DNA from: Callorhinchus milii
Lineage: Eukaryota
Assembly: GCF_018977255.1 (NCBI RefSeq)
Contig: NW_024704742.1
Span: 104,348,001-104,412,000 of the forward strand
DNA length: 64,000 nt
Direction of reading: 5' to 3'
Under the pieces are notes generated by a model. The model was not told the DNA's origin, did not search any database, and saw only the letters and a list, made by a program, of their open reading frames with translations. The position numbers and the translations under genes were made by a program. Positions 24,490 through 37,976 of the stretch are shown in pieces. Position 1 is the stretch's first letter. Every line of letters starts with the position of its first letter.

Positions 24490-24745
24490 GTTTTAGCTTG
24501 CAAGATAACTAGAGGCTAGTAGGAAGAATCCTTGCTCCCAGTGACTGGTTTGTCATTCTAAACCCTTCTGATAAACCAGACTGACTGTAATCAGCAGTGC
24601 CCTGTACTACGGAGTCTCCTGATTCAGGAACTGGTCTACCGAGTGTTGACTCGATTCCAACATTTGGTTGCCAAGCATGTTACCTTGGAAGCAGCTCAGC
24701 TCCAAGGAGATCCCACTTACCTTCTCCCAAAGAGGAGAATCACTA
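24490..24745. repeat. Unclassified interspersed repeat (family Y)
   Basis: Homologous to 46641-46780 (same orientation) and 46990-47230 (inverted), e.g. gttgactcgattccaacatt, atcagcagtgccctg. Confidence 0.7.
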
Positions 24746-25952
24746 GTTGGTCATTTGACATCCAACAAGCGCAGGTTTGAACCCTCACTAGGTTGATAGC
24801 AGGTTCCAGGAACTCTCAGTGAGCTTCTTAATGATCAGTACAGCTTAGTGAGAAATATGTGAGAGCATTGCCACCATTCTCCCGTCAGGTCAAATTCTTT
24901 GGAGGGAAGTTGGGAAAGTTTTCTGTTGCATCTCATCTGTGCTGTACCTGGCACGCTTGGTGTTTACAGTAACACAAAACCCACTGACCTCCCTTGATTT
25001 TGTGAGTGAAATATGAACCAAATTAAAACCAAAATTATAAAAATTCCACTGTGGAGACTGATATCTAGCACCTGATGTCTTTAGTCTGTTAATTACACTC
25101 TTGAAGGATATTTCATGCTGTGGCACAATGAACCATCACAACTTTTTAGTTAAATGCCACAGTTCAGTTAATAACTCTTCCTTACGTGGAGTGTGTACTG
25201 TGGGAGACGAGGTTCTTCCAGATTCATCTTACCCCAGACAAGCTGATCTTTGTCCTCCCAGTACTGAAAAGTAGCAGTGTACCAACCGCGGTAACAAGCT
25301 GTAATGCTCTCCCAATAAAGGCATCAGTAATCTCTGACCATATGGAATTTCAGACTCTTCTTAAATGGAAAATGTGCAAGGAAAAAAATGTTATTGCAGC
25401 TGGATTTCAGCTGCAAAGCAGTGCCTTTTGGATGGTAGCCTGGATTTCGGCAATCTTCTCACAGTATTACACAGGGTCATAAATTAACATCAAACCCGAG
25501 ACCTTTTACTTTCGAGCGAGATCCCTCTAAAATTAGAAGGATTTAAACTATGCTCTTTGTTTCTTTCCATGAAACCATTGTCATGGGACAGACGGTCTTT
25601 GAGAGCAGATGTCATAAGCACATGGAACAGTTGAGAGGGTTTGAGGGGTTTTCAAGTTCATTTTTAAATATGCATAAATATTTGAAAACAAATTCCCATC
25701 GTCTCCCTTTTAAAAGGCAGCTCATTCATTTCCCCTCCACCTATTCTTATATTTTGAGCGAAATTCTCTCATCCTTGGCAAATTTAATGATCGTAGTGGA
25801 CAGAGGCATCTTCTGCTCTATTGGCTGATGAATTTATTCACCAGCGAAAGAAATGGACTTGTCAAGGTTGGTTCATTTGCTGAAGATCTGCTGAAGCACA
25901 ACATTCCTCAAAGTTTTAGCCTGTAAGATCAGAATTGTGGAACGTAAGTCTT

Positions 25953-26059
25953 ATTGTGGAAATCATTTCAATTCAGTCTTAATTTGGACACAAGTTCATT
26001 TTAAGAGCCACAGAAAATCAGGTTCCAAATTAAGACAGAAATTAAAACATTTCTATAAT
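25953..26059. repeat. Degenerate palindrome (about 38-bp arms)
   Basis: gtcttaatttgga / tccaaattaagac exact 13-bp core with extended imperfect pairing. Confidence 0.65.
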
Positions 26060-26197
26060 TCTGAACAATCTTCAGACACCTTATCGCTTCGAAGCAATTA
26101 TTCGGACATTGAAACTGTTCCATACACTTCCACACTTCCTCAGTGTGCAGGTTTTCAGTAGTAACTGAGCGCACATTACATAAACTGACTAAGACTG

Positions 26198-26530
26198 AAT
26201 AATAATCCTAGCATTTGATATAGAAGCTTATTGAAACATCTCAAAAGCACTTTACAGGAATTTATTGTAAAGTGACAATATTTGTAGTCAAATCTGGCAG
26301 CCAGTTTTCACACATTAATGTCCCACAAATTGCTACAACATGAATGACCAATTTTACCGCTTTAGCTTTTTAAATAGAGCCATGAGATGCTTAACATCGA
26401 TCTGAACAGGCAGGCGGACCTTGGTGTAATGACTCATCTGAAGAATGGCAGTTATGACAGTGTGATGCTCCCCTAGCACCGTATTCAGCCTGAATTGTGA
26501 ACTTAAAGCTCTGATGTGATTGTAAAACCC
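26198..26530 (-). mobile_element. Deu-domain SINE, decayed
   Basis: aataatcc tail; catgagatgcttaacatcgatctgaacaggcagg matches other copies. Confidence 0.7.
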
Positions 26531-26544
26531 ATGTCAGTGTGTCT

Positions 26545-26925
26545 CAAAGTGGGAAGCACATTGGACTAGGAGCTTATTAGTTCAATTCCCAGTCTCTCCT
26601 AATTTTATTGATCTCAGCAGAGGCTTTGTGGAGAGGCTGAAATGGTCCAAGCCTTCCCAGTATCTGGAGAAAGCCATCTGGACTCCTGGTCCTGGTTACT
26701 CTTCAACATCCTTCGTAAGTGTGTACGTTTTGTGTGTGTGTGTGTGTGTGTGTTTGCGCGCGCCCATCCGGTTGGGAGAGATCAGGTTTCAATGCCGTGC
26801 CTCCGTTAATGAGTGGTCTGCCAACACTGACCACCAAGGCTCAAACATGAGTTTGACCACTTGGGTAGGGTATCCGATGGCAACCTGTGACCCTGGGATT
26901 GCCCCCCAGTGTGATGAGGCTGAGA
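26545..26925 (+). mobile_element. Ancient SINE-like repeat with internal (TG)n
   Basis: B-box-like agttcaattccc followed by ttgatctcagc and a body resembling a chondrichthyan SINE I recall; single copy here. Confidence 0.4.
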
Positions 26926-27469
26926 ATTAGGAACAAAAGCAATATACCAAAGGGAAGAAAAATCAGCTAAATAATTGGATACACTTTTTTATTTTAAAAA
27001 TTCTGAAAATTTGTCACAAGTAGTTACGGTTAATATTTTTAGGTAACTACAGCAGGTTTTGTTAGACACACCGTAGTGTACCTACGTAGTGTACTGTATT
27101 TGTTGGCCTCTACAGGATTGTGCTGGAGCCTAAACTAGCAAATCGTACAGAGTTTACAGTCATGCCCTACAGGCGAAGAAAACATTCCAACGTTAAGGTT
27201 TCAAATCTAACAACTGGCTATTTTATGTGAACCCAGGCAGCAGAAAATTTTGCCTGCAGACTCGGAGCTCGTATCTGCTGCTATCATTGGATCAAAGGGC
27301 TCGCACTGGTCATGAAAAATTCATGATCGAGCCAGAGCAGCTGAAAATCCATAGAGGACATTGCTACTTTCAAAGAGGTTGTATTTGAATAAAACTGTTC
27401 ACAGGGTATCCAAGGCTTGCCAGGAAGCTTAACAGAATCGAATGAACTTATTACAAGATGGGTTTGGGT

Positions 27470-27780
27470 GAAAATAGTCCCTTGGTCCATTTGATCTCTT
27501 GTTGTTGATTTCATCCTTTTGGAATAATCACCCTACTGTCTTCCTATTGAAGCATCAAGCAATTTTTTAAATGAGTCCTGCCCCCTGCCCTCAGCCACAC
27601 ATCCTGGCAATCTGTGACAGTTCTTAATTACCCCTGGGTAAAGAAACACTTCCTGATGTCTGACCTGAAATTACCCTTGCAAATCTGAACCTTTGCTCTC
27701 TTGTTCTACTATGCATCTAACAGGCTTGTTATCGGATTACTTTTTCAATACAATTTCAAATTTTATATAACTATAAGGTT
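27470..27780 (-). mobile_element. Old CR1 3' fragment
   Basis: Homologous to 41835-42172 (gcatcaagcaattttttaaatgagtcc, gtaaagaaacacttcctg). Confidence 0.7.
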
Positions 27781-27825
27781 GGACATTGCTGTGTAGAAAT
27801 AAAGTTTAAGTGATATGTTCACTAT

Positions 27826-28355
27826 ACAACAACAACGACAAGACTTCATTTATAGAGCGCCTTTCACGTCGGGAGGACGTCCCAAGGCGCTGGACAGTTG
27901 GGTCAGGACCCGAGCAGGGGGGAAATGGTCAGGGTGAGGGGAGGGAAGGGAGGGAGCGAGGAGGGGGGAAATGGTCAGGGTGAGGGGAGGGAGCGAGGAG
28001 TGGATAGAGAGTTGAGAGGGGAGCTGAAGGCACGGTCAAAGAGAAAGGTCTTGAGACCGGCCTTGAAGGAGGAAAGGGAGGAGGCAAGGCGAAGGCACTG
28101 GGGGATGGAGTTCCAGAGCCTAGGGGCTGAGAGGCTGAAGGCCCGGCCACCGATGGTAGGGCGGTTGGGGCGGGGGATGTGGAACAGACCGGAGCCAGAG
28201 GAACGGAGGGTACGGGCAGGTAGGTAGGGGGATAGTAGGTAGGAGGGAGCAAGGCCGTGAATGGCCTTGTAGGTGAGGATGAGGATCTTGAATTCGATCT
28301 TCTGGGGGGTGGGAAGCCAGTGGAGGCGAGCGAGGGTGGGAGTGATGTGGTCGCA
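27826..28355 (-). mobile_element. Young L2 3' fragment
   Basis: Uninterrupted ORF DHITPTLARLHWLP..TIGGRAFSLSAPRLWNSIP..LKTFLFDRAF; perfect terminal stem-loop; CpGs retained; about 28-bp duplication in the 3' UTR. Confidence 0.95.
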
Positions 28356-31213
28356 AAGCAAAAATTATGCAGTATAATTAAGATCTCGTGAAGCACTTTG
28401 AGACATTTCAACGATGTGATAAAGCGCTGTGACAAATGCAAGGATTATTATTAAGTCATTCTTCTTAGAGCAGCTTGGGCATTGTTGTGTCTGATGACTA
28501 TGAAAGTAAGAATTAATTTTCACATAATTTGGATTTGCAGTACTTTCTGATGCTGTACAATATTTTGATGGAGAGTTTCAAGTTGTTTCAAATGTTCAAT
28601 TTGCAGGAGCATTGCTGGTTGAAATTCTCTTGTTTAATTGAATTAATTTAATTCCCCATTGCATTTTCATTAAAGGGAATACTTTAGATCGACCACCCGA
28701 AAAAAAGCTGGCTTCAAGAAGGGGAACAACAAGATGCAAGTCCGGGGCCTGACTCCAGCTGATGCAGGTTCACATCTTGCTGCAAGAAGATGGATTCCCT
28801 CTGTCTTCTATCATTACACTTCCATATGTATTAACTTGGTGTTTGGGTGTTGATGAGGTGGCACAGTTTCAGAGTTTGTTTGTGTAGTCGTTTTTGTTTT
28901 TTTTAGTTTTAGATAAAAGAACTTGAGGGGACTCTGAACTTTGCGGATTATACCATGGGAAAACGTCACCAGAAAACTACAGTTTACATCTTGACAGGAA
29001 TCACAAAAACTTACACTGTGAACACACAATGTTTACAACCACCACAGGTGGGCCTTCAGGCCTAATAATACCATAGCAAAGTGTTGTCTTCCACTAGTCC
29101 ATTGCAAGTATACAACCAAAGAATTGCTTCTTTTACAGGGCACTGTCTTGTTTTAAATGGTAGGATAATGCAAAGGCTGAGAGTCCCTTTCATTTTATTT
29201 TTAATATAATAAGCTTTCTAGTTCATAACTTTGTATGTTGGAAACCTCCAAATGACCTGTGTAACCCCATATTTTAAGTCATGTAAATTTTATGTATAGA
29301 ACTACTGTAATGCATTGTTTCCTTGTGGTAAGTGATTGAGATTGCCACGGGATATGAGACACTGATGAATGGTGCTATTTTGGATTTTAAATATGCTCCT
29401 TGGCAAGGTAGCTCTGATGGATTTTTATGTTTTAATTTCCCTGTTCTGTGAGAGGGGGGTTAATGCTTTCCTGATTGCTATTTTTTTTGGACTGAAGTGA
29501 CGTTGTTTCTGAGTCTTTGGTGGCTTTCCTATTGGAGCTAGTAAGATAGGAGCAGTACTTGCTGACTGAAGAGTTGACTTGCAGCAATTAAACACGTGAC
29601 AATATCCGATAGAGACAAAAAAAGGGACTAGTGCAACATTGCAACCTTACCTTTTAACAATTACTTTTCCCCCTTTTTAAATACAGTACTTTCATAATTT
29701 TAATAATGTCTAAAAAAAATTCAGGAGCAGGTTGAGAAAGGTGTTTTGTTATGGTGAATGATGTTCTTCATGGGCAAAATGCACCATAAAAATAAAAAAA
29801 AGTAATTTGCATGTACCAGTAAAGTCAAGGCATTGCCCACATTGGTACCATTAAATTGCCTAATTTGAAAAATAGATTATTAGAAGCCAGATGATAATGA
29901 GCAAAAACTACAGCCGTACCCACAATGTGAAGCGGTACAAAAACATTTGAAAGCAGTTTTTAAAAAAACTATTTGGAAGTACTTTCTCTGACAGAAGATA
30001 GATGGCAAAAAAGTTGCCAAAAATGTGAAGTCATAAACCTAGTGGTATCTCTTCTTGCTGGACGGGAGGATCTGTTCCTACTCGAGTTGGGTGAACTGGA
30101 GCTAACGTTTATCAAGTGAAATTTGAATTGGCTCCAAAATGCCAAACAGATGAATGCTGAATTCACACCGAGTCAATAAAGTGGAACTTACAGTGCCAAA
30201 GGCCTGTGCCAATCTCTGAGAGCTCCATATCGCTCTCCCTTTCTCTCTCAGACAGTTCAGCAAGTAGTTACAGCTGTTGTGAATGATCACATCAATAAAT
30301 AAATAAATAGCTGATACCATCAAATTCTTAGCACCAATTATGACAGTGCAAGGTTTGGCCACTTACATGAAAATATTTGGGAGCCGAGGAGCAAATGCAA
30401 CTGGCTTGTACATCATTGTGCAGTCAAATCAGGTACAAATCAGTGCCTGCATTGCCCCAAGTTTGATTCTGTTTGCTCAAATAAAGCGGCTTTTTTTTTT
30501 GCTAAAGGACAAAAACTTCAAAATTCTTAGCACAAACTGAAAGGAAAAAGTGGGGAGAAAAAGGATGTTTGCTATTTTGTGTTTGCTCCCTTTAAACAAG
30601 AACCATATAGTAACACCAGTTATGGTATGCTGCTGTGTCCAATATGGCCTGAAAGCCCACCTTAATAAACATTTTAATGTCTTCTTAGCTCTTCCTTCAA
30701 ATGCAGGCCTCCTGCTTGTTCTGAACTATTCCAGCTTCTGACTGTTAAAGCTGATGCATGTATTCTTCATTATTTACTGTGTTTAAATCTTATGTTAGAT
30801 TAGGATGCCAATTGTGTAGCTAGCGAAGTACAATAGTACTTTAGTGGCAATTTTGTAGATGTAAAAAGAATATGCTTTAAGACAAAATGATGTGCTTTAT
30901 TGAAAATGTGATCTTCAACTGTTTTACTGTTGTACTACATATACCCAGTGTAACACTACTTTGTGCTTATTTTAGTAGAATTACCTTAATAAATATTCAA
31001 AGTACAAATTGATTATATTTTGGTAAAAATGCATATATTCATTTTTAATTGCAAACCATGTAATTAACGAGACTAACTCTGAGAAGGGGTGGACTTTTAA
31101 TTTGAAGTCTCTCCCAAAAACCTGGTACCATCATTTACCATCAGTGTTAGTTTTCATTCCAAGTCATTCTGCTCATATGTTACGAGCCCATCACTGAGAT
31201 CAAGGGACTGAGA

Positions 31214-31570
31214 TGGAGACTTGTGGTTAAGAGTGCTCGTCTCGCAAATAAGAGGATCTGGGTTTGATTCCCAGGCGGGGCGAAACCTTAGTTTCCTTAC
31301 TCCACACAACTCGGTTTACCTAGGAGTCAGTACGAACTCCAGTTGTTAGTCGATTAATGGATCACTTTCCTGGGGTAATAACCCCTCCAAAAAATAGTAA
31401 TTTGATCACTCAATCCATAACTGTTTGTGGGACACTGCTGTGCGCAATTGCCTGCTGTGTTTCGCCCACAAAATATAGTCAATCCACTTTTCAATAAATT
31501 CTGTGAAGCGCTTTGAGACGTCTCAATGATGTGACAAGGCGTTATATCAAATGCAAAGATCATTAATATC
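31214..31570 (+). mobile_element. tRNA-Ala-derived SINE, long subfamily
   Basis: Head gtggttaagagtgctcgtctCGCaa, body and tail as in 40353. Confidence 0.88.
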
Positions 31571-31572
31571 AT

Positions 31573-31644
31573 TTACAAGCCCCATCACTGAGATCAGTTA
31601 CAAGCCTGAGCCCTGAGATCAGTTACACGCTCCATCGTTGAGAG
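31573..31644 (+). repeat. 25-bp minisatellite, with a further unit at about 31179-31202
   Basis: ttacaagccccatcactgagatcag / ttacaagcctgagccctgagatcag / ttacacgctccatcgttgagag. Confidence 0.8.
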
Positions 31645-31689
31645 AGATTCTCTGTAGGGACTAATTAATGCTGCTAAGCACCATTCTGT

Positions 31690-32164
31690 TACGTAATGAC
31701 CGTATCACCCCCATCCTCAACAGACTCCACTGGCTTCCCATCACACAGAGAATACAGTTCAAAATCTTGGTCCTCACCTTCAAAGCCTTCCATGGCTTGC
31801 TCCCCCCTACTCTGCGACCTCCTAACCCCCTACCGTCCTGCTCGCTCCTGCTCAGCGGGCTCCAGCCTGTTTCGCGTCCCCCACCTCGCTCACCCCACTA
31901 TTGGCGGGCGGGCCTTCTGCCACTCTGCCCCCACCCTCTGGAACTCCATCACGCAGTCCCTCCGCCTTGCTCCCTCCCTTGCCTCCTTCAAGATCCATCT
32001 CAAGACCTTCCTCTTTGACCGGGCTTTCGATCATCCTGCTTCCCCCCTGCCTGCCACCCTCCCCGATCCCGACCCCCAGCTCGGGTCCGAAACTCTGACG
32101 GTCCAGTGCCTTGGGATGTCTTCCCGACGTGAAAGATGCTAGATAAATGTCATTTTTTTGTTGT
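31690..32164 (+). mobile_element. L2 3' fragment
   Basis: DRITPILNRLHWLPITQRIQFKILVLTFKA; TIGGRAFCHSAPTLWNSI; terminal stem-loop. Confidence 0.93.
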
Positions 32165-33117
32165 AATGCCAATTAATAGGCATCAGGTGTGGGAATTTTC
32201 AGTACTGGCTGGGTTTACAGTAGATCTGATCACTCCGCACAATATTGGTATCTTCCATGATTTACAAGAAAATTGTCCAACAAATTGGCATTCCCATTTA
32301 TGTGTTAAATATATGGTATTTTACTGTTAAAACGAGAGGATTAAAATGATCAATAATTTGGACAGTATCACAACTATTTTCCTACTTTATCTCTTGAACA
32401 TTTTGGATGAAAAGGCAACAATGAGGCTTCTACTGTTGGTAATTGAAACAAAACATTGTAAATATGAAGAGGGTGTGTAAATTGATTTAGTGTGGTAGCA
32501 TAGAACAATTCCACAGATGCATAATGTGCTACGTTTGCTTCTTAAATCTTATTCCAATCGATCCTAAGTACACTCCATTGTTCATTTGAAGCTAAAGCAA
32601 GTGAAGCTTGAAACCTGGATATTTTGTCATTCATTTGCTAAAACCTTGAAAGGCTCCAGTTTTTGCTTGAGAATATTTTCATAATAACACACAGTCGTGA
32701 ATATTGCCATCATTCTAATATAACGTTGGGCAGGGGTCACACATCTGTTTTTTATAATACGTATACTTTTTTTTGTATTGGGAATTTTGCCATCAAAGTT
32801 CATATCTTTCCTTGATTGTCACTACCAGTTTTTCTCATATGGTTGCCTGTCTTCTGATTACATCATGTGATTTTACTTTGACAGATTTTGGAACATAAAG
32901 TCTCAGTGAGTGATAGAGTTGCAGTGCGATTGGGTTGTAAAAAGAAATATACATTAAGAAAGAACTTGCAGCTTATACAATACAAATTTACATTTATATA
33001 GTGTCTTTCACATTGGAAGAACATCCCAAGGCGATGGAAAGTGTAGGATTTGCATCTGAGGCGGGAGTGAGGGCCTGAAAAACATGGTCAACATGGTGGA
33101 CCTTGAAGGAACGAGGG

Positions 33118-33447
33118 AACAACAACAACAAAATTGCATTTGTAAAGTACCTTTCATGTTGGGAGGACGTTCCAAGGCGCTGGACAGACAGAGTTATGGA
33201 CCCAAGCTGGGGATCGGGGTGGGGGAGGGCGGAGGGCAGGGGGGGAAGCAGGGAGATTGAAAGCACGGTCGAATAGGAGGGTCTTGAGATGGGTCTTGAA
33301 GGTGGCGAGGGAGGGGGTGAGACGGAGGGACTGCGGGATGGAGTTCCAGAGGGTGGGTGCAGAGTGGCGGAAGGCCTGCCCGTCAATAGTGGGGTGAGCG
33401 AGGTGGGGAACGTGAAGCAGGCCAGGCCAGAGCAGGCCAGGGGGAAG
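33118..33447 (-). mobile_element. L2 3' fragment (flanked by other L2 tails at about 32975-33115 - and 33490-33590 +)
   Basis: (CAA)n tail; SAPTLWNSIPQSLR..LKTLLFDRAF. Confidence 0.9.
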
Positions 33448-33683
33448 GAATGAATCAAAGGGAGAAGGTGGAGGAAAACCTCCAATTACCTCCAATCACC
33501 TACCTCCCGCCCCCCAGCTTGGCTTCGTGTTCCGCCACTGTTAAGCGCTCTGGGACGCTACCCTGCATGAGGGGCGCAAGTTCTTGTTACCAAACCAACC
33601 TCCAGGAAGCAGTTGTAGGCAAATCATTAATCGCTAGCAAACTCGCACAATCAGCCTGATGTGAATGATTGATTGATCTAGAG

Positions 33684-33904
33684 CAGTGGTGGCTAAACTT
33701 TAGAATTGGCCAACACAATACATTGTCTTAATTTAATATTTCTTGTTGTATGCCATAAGTCAAGAAATATTCAATGAAGAATAAACTGAAAACACTTCAC
33801 TGATCAAACACAGACTTACCTAGATTCATGTAAATTTTTGAGGGGCACTTCTTGACGGACCAACAAGCTCCTTCCAGCCTGCGGTCCACAGATTGCCACC
33901 ACTG
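33684..33904. mobile_element. hAT (Charlie-type) MITE, 221 bp
   Basis: TIRs cagtggtggc / gccaccactg; exact 8-bp TSD atctagag at 33676-33683 and 33905-33912, matching the NTCTAGAN target preference. Confidence 0.92.
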
Positions 33905-35468
33905 ATCTAGAGGATATTTTGCCCAGGCCAAACTCTTCTTTACAAGATGACAACAGCAACTTGCATTTATATAGTGCCCTTCATGCAGGATAGTATCTCA
34001 GAGCTCTGATTAGTTTGGATGAAGAATATGCCTCAGCAGAAAGTGTTACCGACTAAGCTAACACTGCTATTACAGGAGTGAAAACGATGACAATTTTCTT
34101 TTGGTCAGCTGGCAACAGTTGTCGTGTTGAGTTGAAATTTGTAATTTCACATATATTATACATAAATGATATTATTTCACGTTTTATTTCACTGATGCAT
34201 TACTGGAATCCAGCTTCACTCAGAGCCAAGGCTAATCCTTGACATCGCTTAATATAATTCTACACATTATAACTGCTGAAAATAACTTTCGAATGAGGAG
34301 TACTTTGTTATGTTTTGCTTTTTTCCTGCTTGTCAGGGAAAGCTAATCCATGCCATTGTTGATCTAGTGTCATAGCCAGCCCTTGATAGCGGTAGCATTT
34401 GTCTGGTTGTTCAAGGTTCAAAGGATTACTCTCTTTATTATTAGAAAGTCTAGCCTAAAAAGGCATTTTGTCTAGAGAATGGCATTGAGGAATGTGATGC
34501 TAGCCACCTCAGGATGTCTGATTCTACAGAGAAAGGTGAGCATCTTGATGATATCATCCTAGAAATCCCGAACTTTAAGACAGGAAAGAGAGGTGTGACA
34601 TCTTCGCAGTCACACCTCCATCATTTCTACAGAACATGTAACTTCACTGAGGTGAATCTGTATGCAGAAAAGATAATTCTTTAAAGATTCTGTACAAGGG
34701 GAGTCAGAGGTACACATTAGCAGCTAAGTTAGTGTGGTCTGGAAATACATGGTATCAAATTGCAGAGATGGTAAGATTATTGATGATTCTCTTCTAAAGG
34801 CTATGGTGTCTTGCTGTGTTGAGTGCTGTTCAGAGAAAGTTTATTTCAAAACTTCATTGACTTAAATAGAGAGAGGCTACAGGTGAGCACTGAATCCTTA
34901 AGTAAAGAGGAGATCTATCATTAATATGGAAATGATTTTAACCCACAGGATTGTTGTATTTGAAGAACTGCAGCACATAGAGATCACAATCTTCCTGAAA
35001 CTTTTTCTATTGCTGTGAGGCGGTTAGAGATCTGGAATGAAATGAAGCAATCTGCAACAAGTCCAAGCTTGCAGTCAAAATCCTCCATGAATCTGGCACC
35101 TAATACTGCAACTTCAGTGCCTCGGATAATCAGTTGTACCAATGCCAATGCTGGTACACAATGAGAAACTCCTGTGAACTTACTGAGCAAGACTGGGGCA
35201 ACCTGACATTGCGATGACTCAGTGCTCAATTTTTAGTAAATGAAGACCTTCCATTCACCTACATTATTCGTCACTTGAATTAACACAAGAAAATAGTACT
35301 GGCTGAAGTGGTACTGTGCTATTAATTTTAATGGATATGCTTTCTGTTCTTTGTTTTATACAGATAAGCTTGATTTGTAGCTCTTAAGAATGGCATAATT
35401 ATGTTTAAATTATCAGTGATGAGAAAAAATCAAAAATCACTTTATCACTTGAGTGAATGCAGGCACCT

Positions 35469-35720
35469 TGTCAGTCTACCTCAGTTGGTAGCACTCTCTC
35501 CTCTAAGTCAGGAGGTTGTGGGTTTGAGTTCCACGTTGGGACTTTGAACTCACAGTCTAGGCTGACATCCCAAGTGGTGCTGGTGGAGTTCATAAGTACT
35601 ACAAATCAAGCATATGTAAGTAAACTAAGCTGAGGTTCTGTCTATCTGTTCAGGTGATGTTAAAGATCTTATGCCACTCTTTAAAAAGAGAAGGGAGCTT
35701 CTCCCAGTATTTTGCCAGCG
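35469..35720 (+). mobile_element. Deu-domain SINE 5' part
   Basis: ctcagttggtagcactctctcctctaagtcaggaggttgtgggtttgagt head; gttcaggtgatgttaaagatc core. Confidence 0.75.
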
Positions 35721-35984
35721 TTCCATTTATGTATGATTTCTATTTGTCTGGTATGGAGTGCGCACTCTCTCCCCAGTGGGATGAAACTCGTGTGTCTAAT
35801 CCTGGAAAGTTTAGATGCTGGTTGGCAAGGTTGGGGACTCTAGAGTATGCATTGGAGTGCTATTGGATTCTGACCAGCTGAAATTGTGCAGTTTACCATT
35901 TGGAACACTGGGAAACTTTACGTTGTATGAGACTTCAAGTATATAAAAGAGGTGGACTATAGATTAATTTCAGTCAATAAGAAA

Positions 35985-36368
35985 GAATTTGCTTTGCTTA
36001 TAGTATCTTATCATTTTGAAATGTCTCAACATTTTTTACAGTGTGTATGTACTTTCAGAAAGCAAATGCAAAGCTATCTTGTGTACAGAGGTCCCACAAA
36101 CAATTATAAGGTGAATTACCAATTTTATCTGGAGAATTATCAGCCAGGACATCGGGAAAAACTCTTTCCATTTTTTAAATAGTGTCATGGGATCTTTAAC
36201 ATCATCTGAAAAATAGATAGATAGGACTTGGGTTTTTTGTACCCGAGGATGATTCTTCAGGCAATCAGTTTTTCCCCATCACTACATTGGTTTGAGTCTC
36301 AACATGTGGTGTGAACCCACAACCTTCTGACTCAGAGGAAAGAGTGCTACCAACTAAACCAAGCTGAC
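35985..36368 (-). mobile_element. Deu-domain SINE
   Basis: tgtcatgggatctttaacatc core; aacccacaaccttctgactcagagg head (reverse). Confidence 0.78.
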
Positions 36369-37639
36369 AATTTTGCCAGATGTGAGTAAGTAAAAGATAT
36401 TTAGCACTTCAGTCTTGGATTCAATACTCATGCACTGATGCAATGATCTGAGTCTTCACTGGCTTTTTCCCTCATACTTCAGCTGGAAAGCAAGCAAGCC
36501 TTAAACAAATCATCTGCCACAAAGAAAGAAAACTGGCCAAAGATCTTTTCTCACACTTTTTAATTGGATTTCCTGGTAGGCCAACTAACAAGCAGATAGG
36601 CCTAAGGGCTTTGAATCGCTTCGTGTTTTTTTTAATATTATGTACTGATTTTGTTTATTGTCTTTTTTGTTTTAATTCCTCTTTTGCAATAAATGTCAAC
36701 TCCATCCATGGAAGGAATGTATGATCACGTTCACCCTGGGAATTTGAAAGCTGAGGATAATCTGCACTTGATTGTGGCCAGTTTTTAGTTAAATTAAAAC
36801 AAGTTTGAGAAAGAGCTTGGAAATATTCAATTCTGTTAGTCATCAGTTGAAATGTTTGAACCATGATTCATAATTGAGCTTCACTGGGGCCATTCCCTTG
36901 GTTAAACCTTCTAACATGCACAGTTGACTCAGAAAATCTGGACCCTGTAGTTTATTTTAAGCAGTTTGATATAAAATCTAAATGGATCCAGCTGTACTGT
37001 AATGAGAGTGAGTTGAAATCACCCCTTAAAGTCACGTAAAGAGGAGAGGTTGTACAAGGTACGAAGAGTTTTAAATGTGGACATTAGATTAAAGTTCATA
37101 AACCTGGAATGGGAGGTCAGAATTCTACCATCCATTTACAGTTGAGGTTTTACCATTGTACTGTCCATCCTATCCGATATCACCTGCTTTGAGCTTCATT
37201 TACTTACAGGGAGTACTGTATTTTCCTTGTGAACTGGGTGCTTAGGTGCAAAGCAGTTTAGCCTTCAAAGCAGAACTAAGATAGTACTTAGGTTCAGAAG
37301 CATTTCTTGACATAGAGGATTATGCAAGATGTGGAATGCTCTGCCCAAGAAAGCTGTAGAGGAAGTGCCAACAGGGATGCTTAAAAGAGATAAATAGATA
37401 CTTGAGGTATTAAGGGGTATGATTTAAGAAAGGACATGAGGAATAAAAGACCATGCCATCCTCATCCACCACCTCTCCTCCCTCATCCACCTCAGTGGGA
37501 CCACACTATCTTGATCAAGCCCTACATAACAAACCGCCTTCACTTTATCTCCTCAAACGGTTTCTCCTCTCGCCCCCGCCCAGTCAAATGTGATATACCC
37601 CTGGGCTCCATCCTTGGCCTCTTCCTCATCTTCTCCCTC

Positions 37640-37976
37640 TTGGTTAGAGCTCTCATCTCGCAAGTGAGAGACCCGGGTTTGATTCCCGGCAGGGCGAAAC
37701 GTTGAACAAGTTTCCTTACTCCATACGCCTCTGTTTACCTAGCAGTAAATAGGAACCCTGTTAGTAGTTGATTGGTGGATCACTTTTCTGGGGGTAATAA
37801 TTCCTTTTAAAAAAATTGGATATTCAATCCACGACTGTTTGTGGGATACTGCTGTGTTCAATTGCCTGCCCGTTTCGGGCACAAAATATACTGTCAATTC
37901 ACTTTACAGTATATTCTGTGAAGCACTTTAAGACATGTCAAAGACGTGATAAGGTGCTATATCAGATGCAAGGATT
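37640..37976 (+). mobile_element. tRNA-Ala-derived SINE, long subfamily (abuts an L2 RT fragment at about 37500-37640)
   Basis: tggttagagctctcatctCGCaagtgag head; complete body and tail. Confidence 0.88.

Noticed and set aside
29965..30060. IWKYF..K BED-finger-like remnant
   Set aside because: Stops and frameshifts, second Cys and His not identifiable; too weak without an HMM search.
31573..31644. CRISPR-like array
   Set aside because: Tandem 25-bp units without real spacers, no cas genes, eukaryotic context.
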